Shown here one piece after another: positions 11,829-21,903 of a DNA stretch of 64,000 bases. Source of the stretch: Schizochytrium sp. TIO01 (Eukaryota; Protista; Bigyra: Labyrinthulomycetes). The stretch lies in NCBI GenBank assembly GCA_004764695.1, contig SMSO01000014.1, positions 2,661,648-2,725,647 of the forward strand, read 5' to 3'. The notes below the pieces were generated by a model, which saw only the letters and a list, made by a program, of their open reading frames with translations, was not told where the DNA came from and did no database searches. Both the position numbers and the translations under genes were made by a program. Every line of letters starts with the position of its first letter. Position 1 is the first letter of the stretch.

Positions 11829-12007
11829 GGACTTCGCGCCATCCCAAAGCTTCCCCGGACTATCACCTTAGCTTCCCCTAAAAGGGCGCATAGACTTTGG
11901 GTGGAAACAGAGTAAAGATACTCTCTTTCCCTTCCTGAAGTTCCGTGGGACTTCAGCATAATTTTATCTCTAGAGATAACAAACAAACCCTCGTATTTAG
12001 CGAAGCC
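11829..12007. other. Multi-hairpin non-coding element (candidate structured RNA or non-autonomous element)
   Basis: Consecutive inverted repeats: CCATCCCAAAG/CTTTGGGTGG, GGAAACAGAGTA/TACTCTCTTTCC, CTGAAGTTCC/GGGACTTCAG and the perfect palindrome TTATCTCTAGAGATAA. Confidence 0.35.
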
Positions 12008-12346
12008 TAATGGATGTAGAACAAATTCAAATATTTGACCTGAAGCTAGTGGTATGTAACGGGAATATGAGTGTATATACGTGTTTAGTTGTTATATATT
12101 GAAGTAATGTTAGTGGCTTACTCAAGGAGAGAAAGAAGTAGAGGCGCGGTATCATTGTCGATAGATTGTTCACTCACCTGCAGCTACTTCGTTGTTAATG
12201 GCCGTACGCCCGCGGATTCATGTCCTGCTGATGATGATTACGTAGTTTTTTTACTTTTCTTTTTAAAGATACAGCACTAATTCTTTTCATGTTCGGTTTC
12301 TTCATGTCACATCACGTCACATGGGGAAGAAGGTTGCTGTGTATCT

Positions 12347-13045
12347 TTACAAGTCCATACCATTTGACTGTTCCTGGTTACTTGCAAGCTTACTATTAAA
12401 GTCTCCAACGAGCTGATCAATTAGCGGTAGAGACTGCTGGCGCAACGTCATACCTTGCTGCTGGAACTCGGAAGCAGGAAATGTCACCGGGGCTGCACAC
12501 GGATGCGAAGAAGCAATTAGGTAAATAGGATCCCCAAAGTATCCATGAATACAGGCCAGGCGCCAGGATCCCATTCCAGTACCTTCTGTTCTCGGAGCCT
12601 CTAGCACTAGCACAGTCTCTACAATTTCACCAGGACCAGCATTAATTGGAATCTCCGGAGTACCGTTCATTTGATCTCCGTCAACGAAGGTGAGCCGGGT
12701 CTCTGGCGGCCACGCTGTGGGTCCGGTATTCTGAAACCGGAGTCTGATAGGTAAGAGCGTTCCAGGTTGGAAGGGCCTTGACTGCCACGGTGCCAAGTCT
12801 CCCACAAATACAGCTTGCGGCGGGCTTGCGAGAGGGTGAATGTTCATGCCGCCGTTCCCGCGTTGGTTTTGGTGCATGCTAGCGAGATAGTTACTGACTG
12901 CCGTCTCCACATTCCACTGCGAGGCCTCTAAGAAAAACGAGGCCACATGACGATCAACTTGAAGAATCTTAGAGAATTGATCTACAAGCTGGTCATGATC
13001 ATTCGTCGTGATCTTGCCAAAAAGGGCAATCAATTCGTCTGCCAT
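12347..13045 (-). CDS. ILRUN: ILRUN/C6orf106-like protein (UBA-like + NBR1 FW domain)
   Basis: N-terminal FGKITTNDHDQLVDQFSKIL...FFLEASQWNVETAVSNY (C6orf106 UBA-like), followed by FW domain FQNTGPTAWP...GSWRL...GYFGDPIYL. Confidence 0.88.
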   Translation of the reverse strand: MADELIALFGKITTNDHDQLVDQFSKILQVDRHVASFFLEASQWNVETAVSNYLASMHQNQRGNGGMNIHPLASPPQAVFVGDLAPWQSRPFQPGTLLPIRLRFQNTGPTAWPPETRLTFVDGDQMNGTPEIPINAGPGEIVETVLVLEAPRTEGTGMGSWRLACIHGYFGDPIYLIASSHPCAAPVTFPASEFQQQGMTLRQQSLPLIDQLVGDFNSKLASNQEQSNGMDL

Positions 13046-13947
13046 GATTTCTAAATATTATCCAGAGTCTTGCGGAACACCAATTCGCTCCCAACACGAG
13101 ACACTCGTAACTAGATTCCACAGGCCTTAAGCGGTGTACGCAATATACCACCTAAGTTAATCTACAAGTTCTGCAAGATGGCTCTTGTTTGATGAATTCT
13201 CCAAGGCGTCGTTACAGTATCCGTAGAAACCCTCGAGAGCGGGTCGGATGCGTCGATTTCCCCTGATGATCGGTTGATGAAGCTGCCCAGACAGCCACTC
13301 TGAGCCAGGATAAAAACTCAAGTCTCAGGCTTTCGCGTCACAACCCGAAAGGTCCTCTAGAGGGGCGTAATACCTTCCCCAGGAGAGCCACACGTTGAGA
13401 GTTTGCGAAGAAAGTTGAAGGAAACCTTTTTCAAGAAAGAAGAAAACAGAAGAATAGAAGAAACAGAAGAAATAGAAGCAGAAAAGAAGGAAAGCCGAAA
13501 AGAACAATACCAATTATACTTCGCGAGAAGAAGTGTAATATCAAAAGCAATATATAATAGATATTAGCTCACACAAGTGAAACAAAAACTAAACTGTCAC
13601 TTAGAAGTCCGGAATACTGGGGAATATAGAACACCACGAAAAAGAACGCCGAAACAGAAATAAACCTGGGCTCGGAGAAATTTACCAATTGTCTATCAGA
13701 AAACCACCTCATTTACCCCGCTCTCAACGGGTCATTTCTGCAAATAAGGCAACTTGTAAGCAGTCGCATTCTTGCGAACTTGTGTGTGAAAGGAATTTCG
13801 AAGCCTCTTGATGGGAGCGTGACAAATTTGGAGTGGCCAGGTTTGCCTCTAATCCATGAGGTATCTTGCACTGTGGCATAAATCGTTGAGTTTGTATGTG
13901 AACGGCAATACTTTGGGGTGGAGGGAGAATATAGAGGGAGGTGACAT

Positions 13948-15813
13948 ATGCTGCGACACACCGGAATGGCGGCATCAGGAAGTCCACAGATTGCAGGAGC
14001 TCAGGTGGATGGGATTTTAACGAGACCTGCAGGTCTTGGAGAGCAAGATGACCAAGCAGGGCTTGCGATGCGCCAGCACAGGGAGCAATGGCTAAGAAAA
14101 ATGCAACATAAATTACCACGACCTCCGATAGAGGAAAACCCTATCCGTAACAACTCCTCGCTAAATGGTCTTTCGCATGCATCGAGGGGCGCAGGACGCT
14201 GGAGATCAGATACAACCACAGCACCTTTATCGCCAGAAACACAAACCGAAGGTGCTGACATACTTGGGGGGTTAGGTTGGGGGAAACAGCGAACGGAAGG
14301 CTCCCTTCTAAACGATAGCGAAAGCCAAGAATTGCTCACACAGAACAAGTCGTCGTCTCAACAGCAGGCGAGAAAGCAGCAAGAACATGATGGAGAGCTC
14401 ATGCGTAAGCTTTGGGAAAAAGACCGCCTCATCAAGGGATTGCAGCGTAACATCGATAAATTATCCCGGTCGCTAAAAGTGGCCAATCGTCAGAATGAAC
14501 AAAGAGCTGCGATAGAAAACTTGACACCTAAAACAGAGTCTACTGCAGCAGCTCCAGCGCCCTCTCCGCGCCACCGTCGAGGAGCTATATTGGTTGTTAC
14601 AGAAGATCATGAAAGCATTTCTACCGTTGAGAGCTCTAAAGAAAAGCAGGATTTAAAAGCAGCGGATGAAAAAGATGTATCATTGTTTGGGCAGACACAG
14701 ATTTCTCCGCGGGAGTCCGCTCGAAATCTTCAACTTCAGGCACAGCTTCGCGAGGCTCAAACAAAAAGTCGAAACCTTTCTGCGGAAATTATTGGCCTTC
14801 GCGAGCTCACAGTAGCATCAAAACAGCAAATCGCGGACTTGGAGGCTTTGACCGAGGCTTTGAAAGAAGAAAAGGACCAGCTTAAACTAAAAAAGGAAGA
14901 AGAAGCTGCCGTAGCTCAGGCTACAGAGCTAAAGGTGCGTATGGAGGCTGAAAAGCTTGCACAGAAGCAGCTCTTGCAGCTTAGACATGAAAATATTAAA
15001 GCGTTGAATGAATTGGCTGCATCCAAGGGGGAAGTAGTAGTCGTTCGAAAGCAACTCATGCAAGCAAACTCTGATAAACGCCAAACCGAGCAGGAACTCC
15101 ATCTCCGGCTACGCAAAGCAGAAATCGAACGAGATGAAATAGCCAAACGACAATCACAAGAAGTAAATCGACTTAGTGATTTAGAAGACATTGTACGAAT
15201 ACAAAAGGAATCGATTGCTGTATTAGAACAGAAACTTGTTGTCAAAGCCGCGGGGCAAGAAGCCAAGATGATACCTTTAGAAAAGCTTGAAAAGCAGATA
15301 TTACAGCTCAGACGCGACCTTAAGATACGCGATGATGCATCAGCATTTCAAAGAAGGCAACATGCTGCTGAAGCAAAAGTTCTTCGGTCCGAACTCGGTA
15401 AGATGCGTGCTGAGTTAGAAGCAGCGCAAAATCGTATCAGTATTCTTTCTCAAGATGCCTCCAAAGTTTCGCTTGAGCGCACACATAACAAACTGCGGGA
15501 GCAAGTTCGAGCGAATGAAGATCTTGGACGCCGCGCTGACCGAGATCGCCAATTCAGCTTAAAGCTTGAGCAAAAGCTTGCAGGACAACGGGATCAAGAT
15601 GAGCTTCTAACCAGCGCTTGGGAGCATTTAAGGGAACTACTAGAAGTGGAGCGTTCATCAAAACCGCAATGTTTCATGTGTGGAAAGTCAAGTGGGATGC
15701 ACCCCCATCAATGCCCAACCTGTTTAGTTATTGCGTGCTCGCCTTGTGCACAAAACCAACTATGCGAGTGTATGGAAAACTCTGTCTGGGTCTACAAAGA
15801 TGGAAGAAAGTAA
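13948..15813 (+). CDS. Long coiled-coil protein with C-terminal Cys-rich (Zn-binding) motif; hypothetical
   Basis: 621-aa ORF with heptad-rich E/K/L/Q central region and C-terminal CFMC...HQCPTCLVIACSPC...CEC. The C-terminus may continue in the +1 frame to 15979. Confidence 0.8.
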   Translation: MLRHTGMAASGSPQIAGAQVDGILTRPAGLGEQDDQAGLAMRQHREQWLRKMQHKLPRPPIEENPIRNNSSLNGLSHASRGAGRWRSDTTTAPLSPETQTEGADILGGLGWGKQRTEGSLLNDSESQELLTQNKSSSQQQARKQQEHDGELMRKLWEKDRLIKGLQRNIDKLSRSLKVANRQNEQRAAIENLTPKTESTAAAPAPSPRHRRGAILVVTEDHESISTVESSKEKQDLKAADEKDVSLFGQTQISPRESARNLQLQAQLREAQTKSRNLSAEIIGLRELTVASKQQIADLEALTEALKEEKDQLKLKKEEEAAVAQATELKVRMEAEKLAQKQLLQLRHENIKALNELAASKGEVVVVRKQLMQANSDKRQTEQELHLRLRKAEIERDEIAKRQSQEVNRLSDLEDIVRIQKESIAVLEQKLVVKAAGQEAKMIPLEKLEKQILQLRRDLKIRDDASAFQRRQHAAEAKVLRSELGKMRAELEAAQNRISILSQDASKVSLERTHNKLREQVRANEDLGRRADRDRQFSLKLEQKLAGQRDQDELLTSAWEHLRELLEVERSSKPQCFMCGKSSGMHPHQCPTCLVIACSPCAQNQLCECMENSVWVYKDGRK

Positions 15814-16531
15814 TGCAGAAGCTTTGAGCTCCTCAACATGGCAACTTGACGCTGACCTGGTTGCCCGTGCGAGTCAATCCGAGTATCGCACAAACAGGCT
15901 GGAAAGTATACTACGTGCGTTAGAGAGCGCTCGGCAACATCCTAGTTTGACGGATGAAGTTGAAACAAATAGCATCTAAATTAGTGCCATTCCCGTATCT
16001 GTGTTTACAAAGTAATTAAAATATACTACTATAAACGACACTGAACTCTGACTTATAGTATGGGTGTATCTGTGAAAAGTTAGTGCGTACTACAACTCGA
16101 ATGCAATTGACCATTCAAGGTTATGTATGCATATGAATTACCTATCGGAAATGTCGACCACGAAGCCTGATGACAGTGCAAGTGCGGATTTTGACCTCCC
16201 TATCTGGCTTTCAAAACAAAACGGAGGTATACGTGTATACTGTCCCTACACAATACAAACAGATGACATTACTACATTGATCACAAGCTGCTTTCAAACT
16301 GCTTTAGAAATGGAGTTGTATCATTGTGAGAATACTCTTAGGGCTTTGCTAGAGTTGCAGGAAGTGAACATCTTTGAACACACGAGCCTTCTTCTCCTTC
16401 CTAGTCAGATTTTTACAATAGGAAATGAGCCTCCTGAACCTCTCGTTACCTGTGTTATCAAATACTGCAATCACTATTATCTGCTTAGATATTTGGACAG
16501 ATGGATCCTTGTAATTTTATTTTTCGCGTGG

Positions 16532-16567
16532 ATTCCCATGTAGTCAAGAATTCCCATGTAGTCAAGA
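16532..16567. repeat. Perfect 18-bp tandem duplication (ATTCCCATGTAGTCAAGA x2)
   Basis: Read directly from the sequence. Confidence 0.9.
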
Positions 16568-16982
16568 GCTACTTCAACAAATTATATAGATTGTAATACT
16601 CTGGTAAACAACAATAGAGTTTTGAAAAGGAGGTTTGCACTCGGTTTTAAAGAGGAGTATACTCCATCTCTTTGACATTAAAACTTCTTTTAACTTCAGA
16701 ATATTTTCGAGAATTTATTTGTTTCGGAGAAATAATCAGCGAAGAAGTCTTCAATAGTTAGAAGTTATACCATACACAGTCTGTGCTGCTCTACAGCAAG
16801 AGGCATACAAGAAGAGATGGATTCAACGGGGGAATAGTCTATAGAGCACACAAAGATTTTTTGTTTTGTTGTAGATTTGTTCTGTGTGAATTAGATCTTG
16901 TATGAGAATGGCATGAATATGATGAAAAAAGGAGTTAGGAAACTGTGCAAGTGGAGAGGTTGAAAATTGATGTTGTAGTGTA

Positions 16983-17508
16983 TTACTTCCAGAGTTTGCG
17001 CAAAGACATGTTCTGATCAGAGTCCTTCTTCATGACCTTGGCAACAGCCATTTCGAAGTCCTCCTGGGTAACATGGATGCGCCTCTCACGCAAAGCAAAC
17101 ATTCCTGCTTCTGTACACACAGCCTTACACTCTGCGCCCGAGGCGCCAGATAGCTTGTTCGCGACCAATTGCAAGTTAATGCCGCGCATAAGGTTCATCT
17201 TGCGGGAGTGGATCTTGAGAATACTCTCACGAGACTCGACGCCAGGGTTAGGGAACTCAATCTTACGATCAATACGACCGGGCCGCAAGAGTGCGGGGTC
17301 CAGAATATCGATTCGATTTGTGGCCATAATCACCTTAATCTTGTTACTGGGCTCGAATCCATCAAGCTGGTTAAGAAGCTCAAGCATGGTACGCTGCACC
17401 TCAGCGTCACCACCACCGCCACTCTCAGAACGGGCACTACCAATGGAGTCGATCTCATCCATGAAGATAATGGATGGCGCAGCCTCGCGGGCCATGACGA
17501 AGAGCTCA

Positions 17509-17540
<32 letters not shown>

Positions 17541-18200
17541 TTGGACGAGCTCAGCACCCGAGACACGGATAAAGGTACAGTCTGTGTGGTGAGCCACAGC
17601 ACGCGCCAAGAGTGTCTTACCAGTACCCGGAGGGCCATAGAGCAGCACACCCTTGGGTTGCGCGACACCAAGACTCTCGAAGAGCTCGGGATGCTTAATG
17701 GGCAATTCAATGACCTCTTTGATCTCCCGAATCTGCTTCGACAAACCACCAACCATATCGTACGTCGAATCAGGAACCTTTTCAACCTTCATGAGGGAAA
17801 CAAGTGGGTCCACCTTGGACGGGAGGATCTTGTGAAGAGTATAGCTGTCGTTGCGGAGAGCTACGCGGGTGTTGGGCGTACACTTTGAAATGTCGATCTT
17901 AGGGTCAACATCCACTACATACTTTCCCTCTGGGTTCACCTTTACAAGAACCTTCTTCTTGCCCATGGCCTTAACAACTTCACCTACATATGAGCCAGGC
18001 TCCTGAAGAACCTGCAGCTCGTCACGGAGAAGACGAACTTGAGTGTTTAGCTCATTGCGCTGAGCCTGCAGACGCCTCAAGTTGGCTGTCTTCTCACGGA
18101 GCTGAGCCTCCATACGCTCAATTTTGCTCCTGAAGAACGTACCCACGCCGTCGGTGCTGTCCACATTCATAGCTTTGGTCGAGCTAGCAGAAGGTGCCAT
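16983..18200 (-). CDS. RPT6: 26S proteasome AAA-ATPase regulatory subunit Rpt6 (PSMC5)
   Basis: [57 protein letters not shown] and C-terminal MSLRKLWK typical of Rpt6. Confidence 0.98.
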
Positions 18201-19011
18201 TTTTGCGAATTGAATTTAGACTTTGAAGAGCGATTTATCGAAAAATATCACTAATCTAGCAAGGCTCAAATCCACTTGAGACTTAGCCACACTGGGAAAT
18301 CCAAGAGATACTTCGCAACCTCAAGACCGGAAGGCGAATAACTTCAGCCTTTACCCCTTGATCTCCCTGCACGAAGCTGGAGACTGCGATCTACGTCGCA
18401 ATTCGATTATGGTTTTGCCTCTGTCTGGTTTTGGCTATTTGAAGATAGTCGCAGAGAAGGTTGACGAACAGTCGATGATGGGTGATCGATCGCTGCTCCA
18501 CCGCGGACCGTTATAACCAGGGGACCACCGCACGGGGCCTCCTCCTATGACTGAAAGACACAAATATACTCTCGCCGCGCCACCTCGGCTCCGCAAGATC
18601 GCCGCGAGCGCACAGAGTTTGGTGCCGACGCCAAAGTGCTTCTTTCTGCTTCTTTCGCCGTTTGCCTGTGGGTTCGCCGTCCAACCAGGACGCCTAGGTT
18701 GAGTCCCTCTGATTGGTTGTAAGTGGATTATCAGTATTTATACTATGGGTCATAAGTTTGTTTCATAGTACAGGCTTGCGTAAAAGCTATTTTGGCGCAC
18801 TAAGGTGTAGAGAAGAGCAGATTTATGGGGAGATTGGAGGAGGACTTACGAAAGGATTGCAAGAAGGTAGGGAGTCAAAGGCTAGGAAATGGTTGGGAGG
18901 TGCGTTCGAAAGTTGGTTTTAATCATGCTAACATATAGTATACACAGAGGGTGGTTAAAATCTAGGTGTGGCTTGGTGAGTTTAGATCTTTGAGAAGGGG
19001 AGGTTCTCTGA

Positions 19012-20106
19012 TTAGGAGGTATGGGATGACGAAGATGCCTGTCGACCGGAGTTTACAGCGAAATGTAGCCTTTGTACAATTCGGGAGTTTGAACGAGAGG
19101 GGGAGGATGAAGGAGACTCGCAAAATGCTTTTATAGGTAGAGGTCTCACTGGCGAGTCTTTTGCGTGAGACTGCCTCGAACGTGGAGTTCTAGTTTGATG
19201 GTGCCTTGGAGAGTCCTGCGAATGTTTGGTATTCTGATTGTCCTCATAATGTTTTTTGTGCAACTCAGTTTCTTTTTCCTTCCTCTTTTCAGCTAAGAAG
19301 CTGGGAACTCCTGCCGAGGACTCCAAATCCTCTAATAGCCATGTCTTCTCTAGCTTGGCACTGTACTCGCGCATATCTTCCAGGGCAGGTGGAGGCTTCA
19401 TCGCTTCGTTTTTCTCTTGCGTAATATCCTCATGCTCCATTTCAAGCAAAGATTGTACATGCTCAATATCTTGAAGGAGTTCCTCGGCTTCTTCCTCCAG
19501 AGCTGCTCGGATGTCTTTTGTAATTTTGTCAATTGCAAACACGCTCAAATCTCCACGATTCAGAGGATCAAAAATATCAACTGGAGCAGATGAAAATGAA
19601 GCTCGAGATGTGGTTGAGCTCGCCGTCCCTGGGCGTGCTCGAGAGGCGTATATTTCACTTCTTGATGTCCCACAGCTTGTCATGGGTCGAGCGAGGCCAT
19701 CCGCACCTCCTTGCGATCTTTTTTCTTCTCGTTTTAACACGTAATTAAATACTTCTTTTTCTGCGCAGGTTTTGGGCTGTAATGCAACCTGTGCAATATT
19801 GCTTCCGCTTTTCCTTACTGAGTTCAACAACATAAGGATTTGCTGCTCAAGCAGAACACGCGCGGGGTGCTCAGGTAGAGCTGGGCGATTCCTCAGCTTG
19901 TCACGGAACTCGCGATTCTGTTGCTGAAATTCAACAAGGATCTCACGAAGAGCGTCAAGCTCATCTCGTAAACCTTCGCACTTGTCAATGTGACGCGAGC
20001 CAATAATTTCACGAATTTCGTCACGCTCTGCTCCAGGAACCTGTTGGACGATGTGTTCCCAGATGGTGAGCCGCCTCGGTGGCAGCACCAACCCGGCAAC
20101 CTCCAT
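19012..20106 (-). CDS. CCDC24: CCDC24-like coiled-coil protein
   Basis: TIWEHIVQQVPGAERDEIREIIG...LRDELDALREIL and DIRAALEEEAEELLQDIEHVQSLLE resemble the CCDC24 domain. Confidence 0.72.
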   Translation of the reverse strand: MEVAGLVLPPRRLTIWEHIVQQVPGAERDEIREIIGSRHIDKCEGLRDELDALREILVEFQQQNREFRDKLRNRPALPEHPARVLLEQQILMLLNSVRKSGSNIAQVALQPKTCAEKEVFNYVLKREEKRSQGGADGLARPMTSCGTSRSEIYASRARPGTASSTTSRASFSSAPVDIFDPLNRGDLSVFAIDKITKDIRAALEEEAEELLQDIEHVQSLLEMEHEDITQEKNEAMKPPPALEDMREYSAKLEKTWLLEDLESSAGVPSFLAEKRKEKETELHKKHYEDNQNTKHSQDSPRHHQTRTPRSRQSHAKDSPVRPLPIKAFCESPSSSPSRSNSRIVQRLHFAVNSGRQASSSSHTS

Positions 20107-20748
20107 CTCTTAACCTGCCTAGCACCAGCAGGCCTGAATGTTACTCACTCGTTAGCTTGCTGTCTTGCCTGGCTGTCCAACAGCCACGCGCGACTATTTG
20201 CCAGGCCTGCCTTCGCCTGCAATAGCGCAGGTACTGGTGCATTGATGACCCGAAATAAAGAATGGTAGAATGGATTAGGTGCACACCTCGAGTACACTTA
20301 CTATTAGAGCCGTTGACAGCTCCAATATTTTTCTATTCTTTTATTTTTTAAAAAAAAGGAAACGAAAGAGGTAAACATTTTATCCAAGTGAATGCTCACG
20401 ATCAACCAGAGAAAAAGCTGCGCGTTGGCATCAGCAGTTATGATTGTTTTGTGTCCTCGTGACTTTAAATAACACATTATGGTGAAATTAAGTTTGCACT
20501 TGACTTTGGAGATTACATTTATCCAAGCAAAGAGAAGTACATTACAGCCTTCTGATATCAGGATACATGGTTACGTGAGCATTTTTCCCAAGTTCGGATT
20601 GTTTATAAAGAAAAACCATGTTTAAAACAGCCTCTTTACGAGATAACCATAATTGTTGGAAGGTTAAGTGAAACAAATAAAGAGACTTTGCTGCGTGGTG
20701 CATTTCCAGAAGGTATTCATCCCGGAGGAGAAATCAGGACACAGAAAG

Positions 20749-21528
20749 ATGACGACTCTCGCTCCTGAGCGACGCTCTATCAGCAAGCCTGAGGCTACAA
20801 GCCCAGGTCGTAAAATGAGCACGAGGAAGTCATTGAGCAAAGCGTCGGGGACCAATGCAACAGCTAGTGAGGAGCAACAAGATGCTGCCATGGGTAGCGG
20901 CGACCTTGATGCTGAAGAAGTATTTTTTGGACAGCAACCCCCTGGTAGCTTAAAGATTCCATTTGGAGATCAAGAAGATCCAGATGAGATGGCTGGGGCG
21001 TATTGGTTCTCTGAAGTCTCCCTAGAGCAGGCGAAACAGTCGAAAGGTACATCTGAAACAAAAGCCACAGAAAGCCAATTCCGACTTGTTGGATCCTGGA
21101 TGCGACATGGGATTCATGCTGAAAGGAAAGCAATGCGTGACGTTGTTGCTCTTGGCCCGATCCTCCCTATTTCGTCTTTACAGTTTCTCGATCTATCATT
21201 TGCTGAAGAAATGACACGACCTTCTACTGCTGAGCGTGAAAAACAACGTCGGCAGTCAGCAAAGGAGCTTGACCTTACACCGGAACTTATTGCAAGAGAC
21301 CCTTTCTTCGTCCGAATTGGTGACCGCCTCATTGATGTCGATGCTTCTCTTCGGCACGTCTATAAAGAAAAGAGTGACCACACGGGGCAGGTGCATCGTA
21401 AAGATTTCGTCCATCTTTTGCTAGCTCTAGATCTCGAATTAGATGAAGATGAGCTCAAAGAGGCCCTCCTGCCTTTTCCTGATGAGCATATTTCGTTCAT
21501 CGCCTTCCGAGAGTGGTGGATGGGCTAA
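20749..21528 (+). CDS. Hypothetical protein with degenerate C-terminal EF-hand pair
   Basis: First ATG at 20749 (MTTLAPE); C-terminal GQVHRKDFVHLLLALD...EHISFIAFREWW is EF-hand-like. Confidence 0.7.
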   Translation: MTTLAPERRSISKPEATSPGRKMSTRKSLSKASGTNATASEEQQDAAMGSGDLDAEEVFFGQQPPGSLKIPFGDQEDPDEMAGAYWFSEVSLEQAKQSKGTSETKATESQFRLVGSWMRHGIHAERKAMRDVVALGPILPISSLQFLDLSFAEEMTRPSTAEREKQRRQSAKELDLTPELIARDPFFVRIGDRLIDVDASLRHVYKEKSDHTGQVHRKDFVHLLLALDLELDEDELKEALLPFPDEHISFIAFREWWMG

Positions 21529-21903
21529 AGAAAATATTGTGTCTGTAGAGAAAAGAATAAAGGCCATATCACTCAGAAAATTCCTCGAGAAGGGAATAGA
21601 CGTCTTTACAAAATGTGCTGTATGTGCTATGCTATGAAGCCAAAATTGAACCGCTGCTACTTTCATTTCAAAAAAAGAAATGCGGACAAGCAAAAACCTG
21701 AAAAATACCAACTCTCTACATCTATATCACCTTTCTTGGGGTAATGGTAGGTGGTATTTTAATAAAACGACTAAATAACGATCAGAGATTACAAATATGT
21801 ATGTAAACGTCAAATAACTAAGAATTTATAGTGAATTTTGTTAAACTTGTTTACTGCTCATCAATGACATGTTACAACATTGCTTATAATCTTTCACCCC
21901 AGC

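Noticed and set aside
11845-11862. RNase MRP/P RNA (AAAGCTTCCCCGGAC resembles CR-I) or group I intron S element on the minus strand
   Set aside because: No complementary CR-V (CGGGG) partner and no R element to form P7.
11935-11973. Helitron 3' end (hairpin followed by CTAG)
   Set aside because: CTAG is followed by A rather than T, it is part of a palindrome, and no 5' TC end or Rep/helicase relic is identifiable.
16127-16543. 138-aa ORF between the coiled-coil gene and RPT6
   Set aside because: No motif and AT-rich, intergenic-like composition; cannot be supported without expression data.
17032-17888. Long antisense ORFs over RPT6 (also 37461-38246 over the HECT gene)
   Set aside because: Shadow ORFs expected from biased codon usage in conserved genes; no recognisable motifs.
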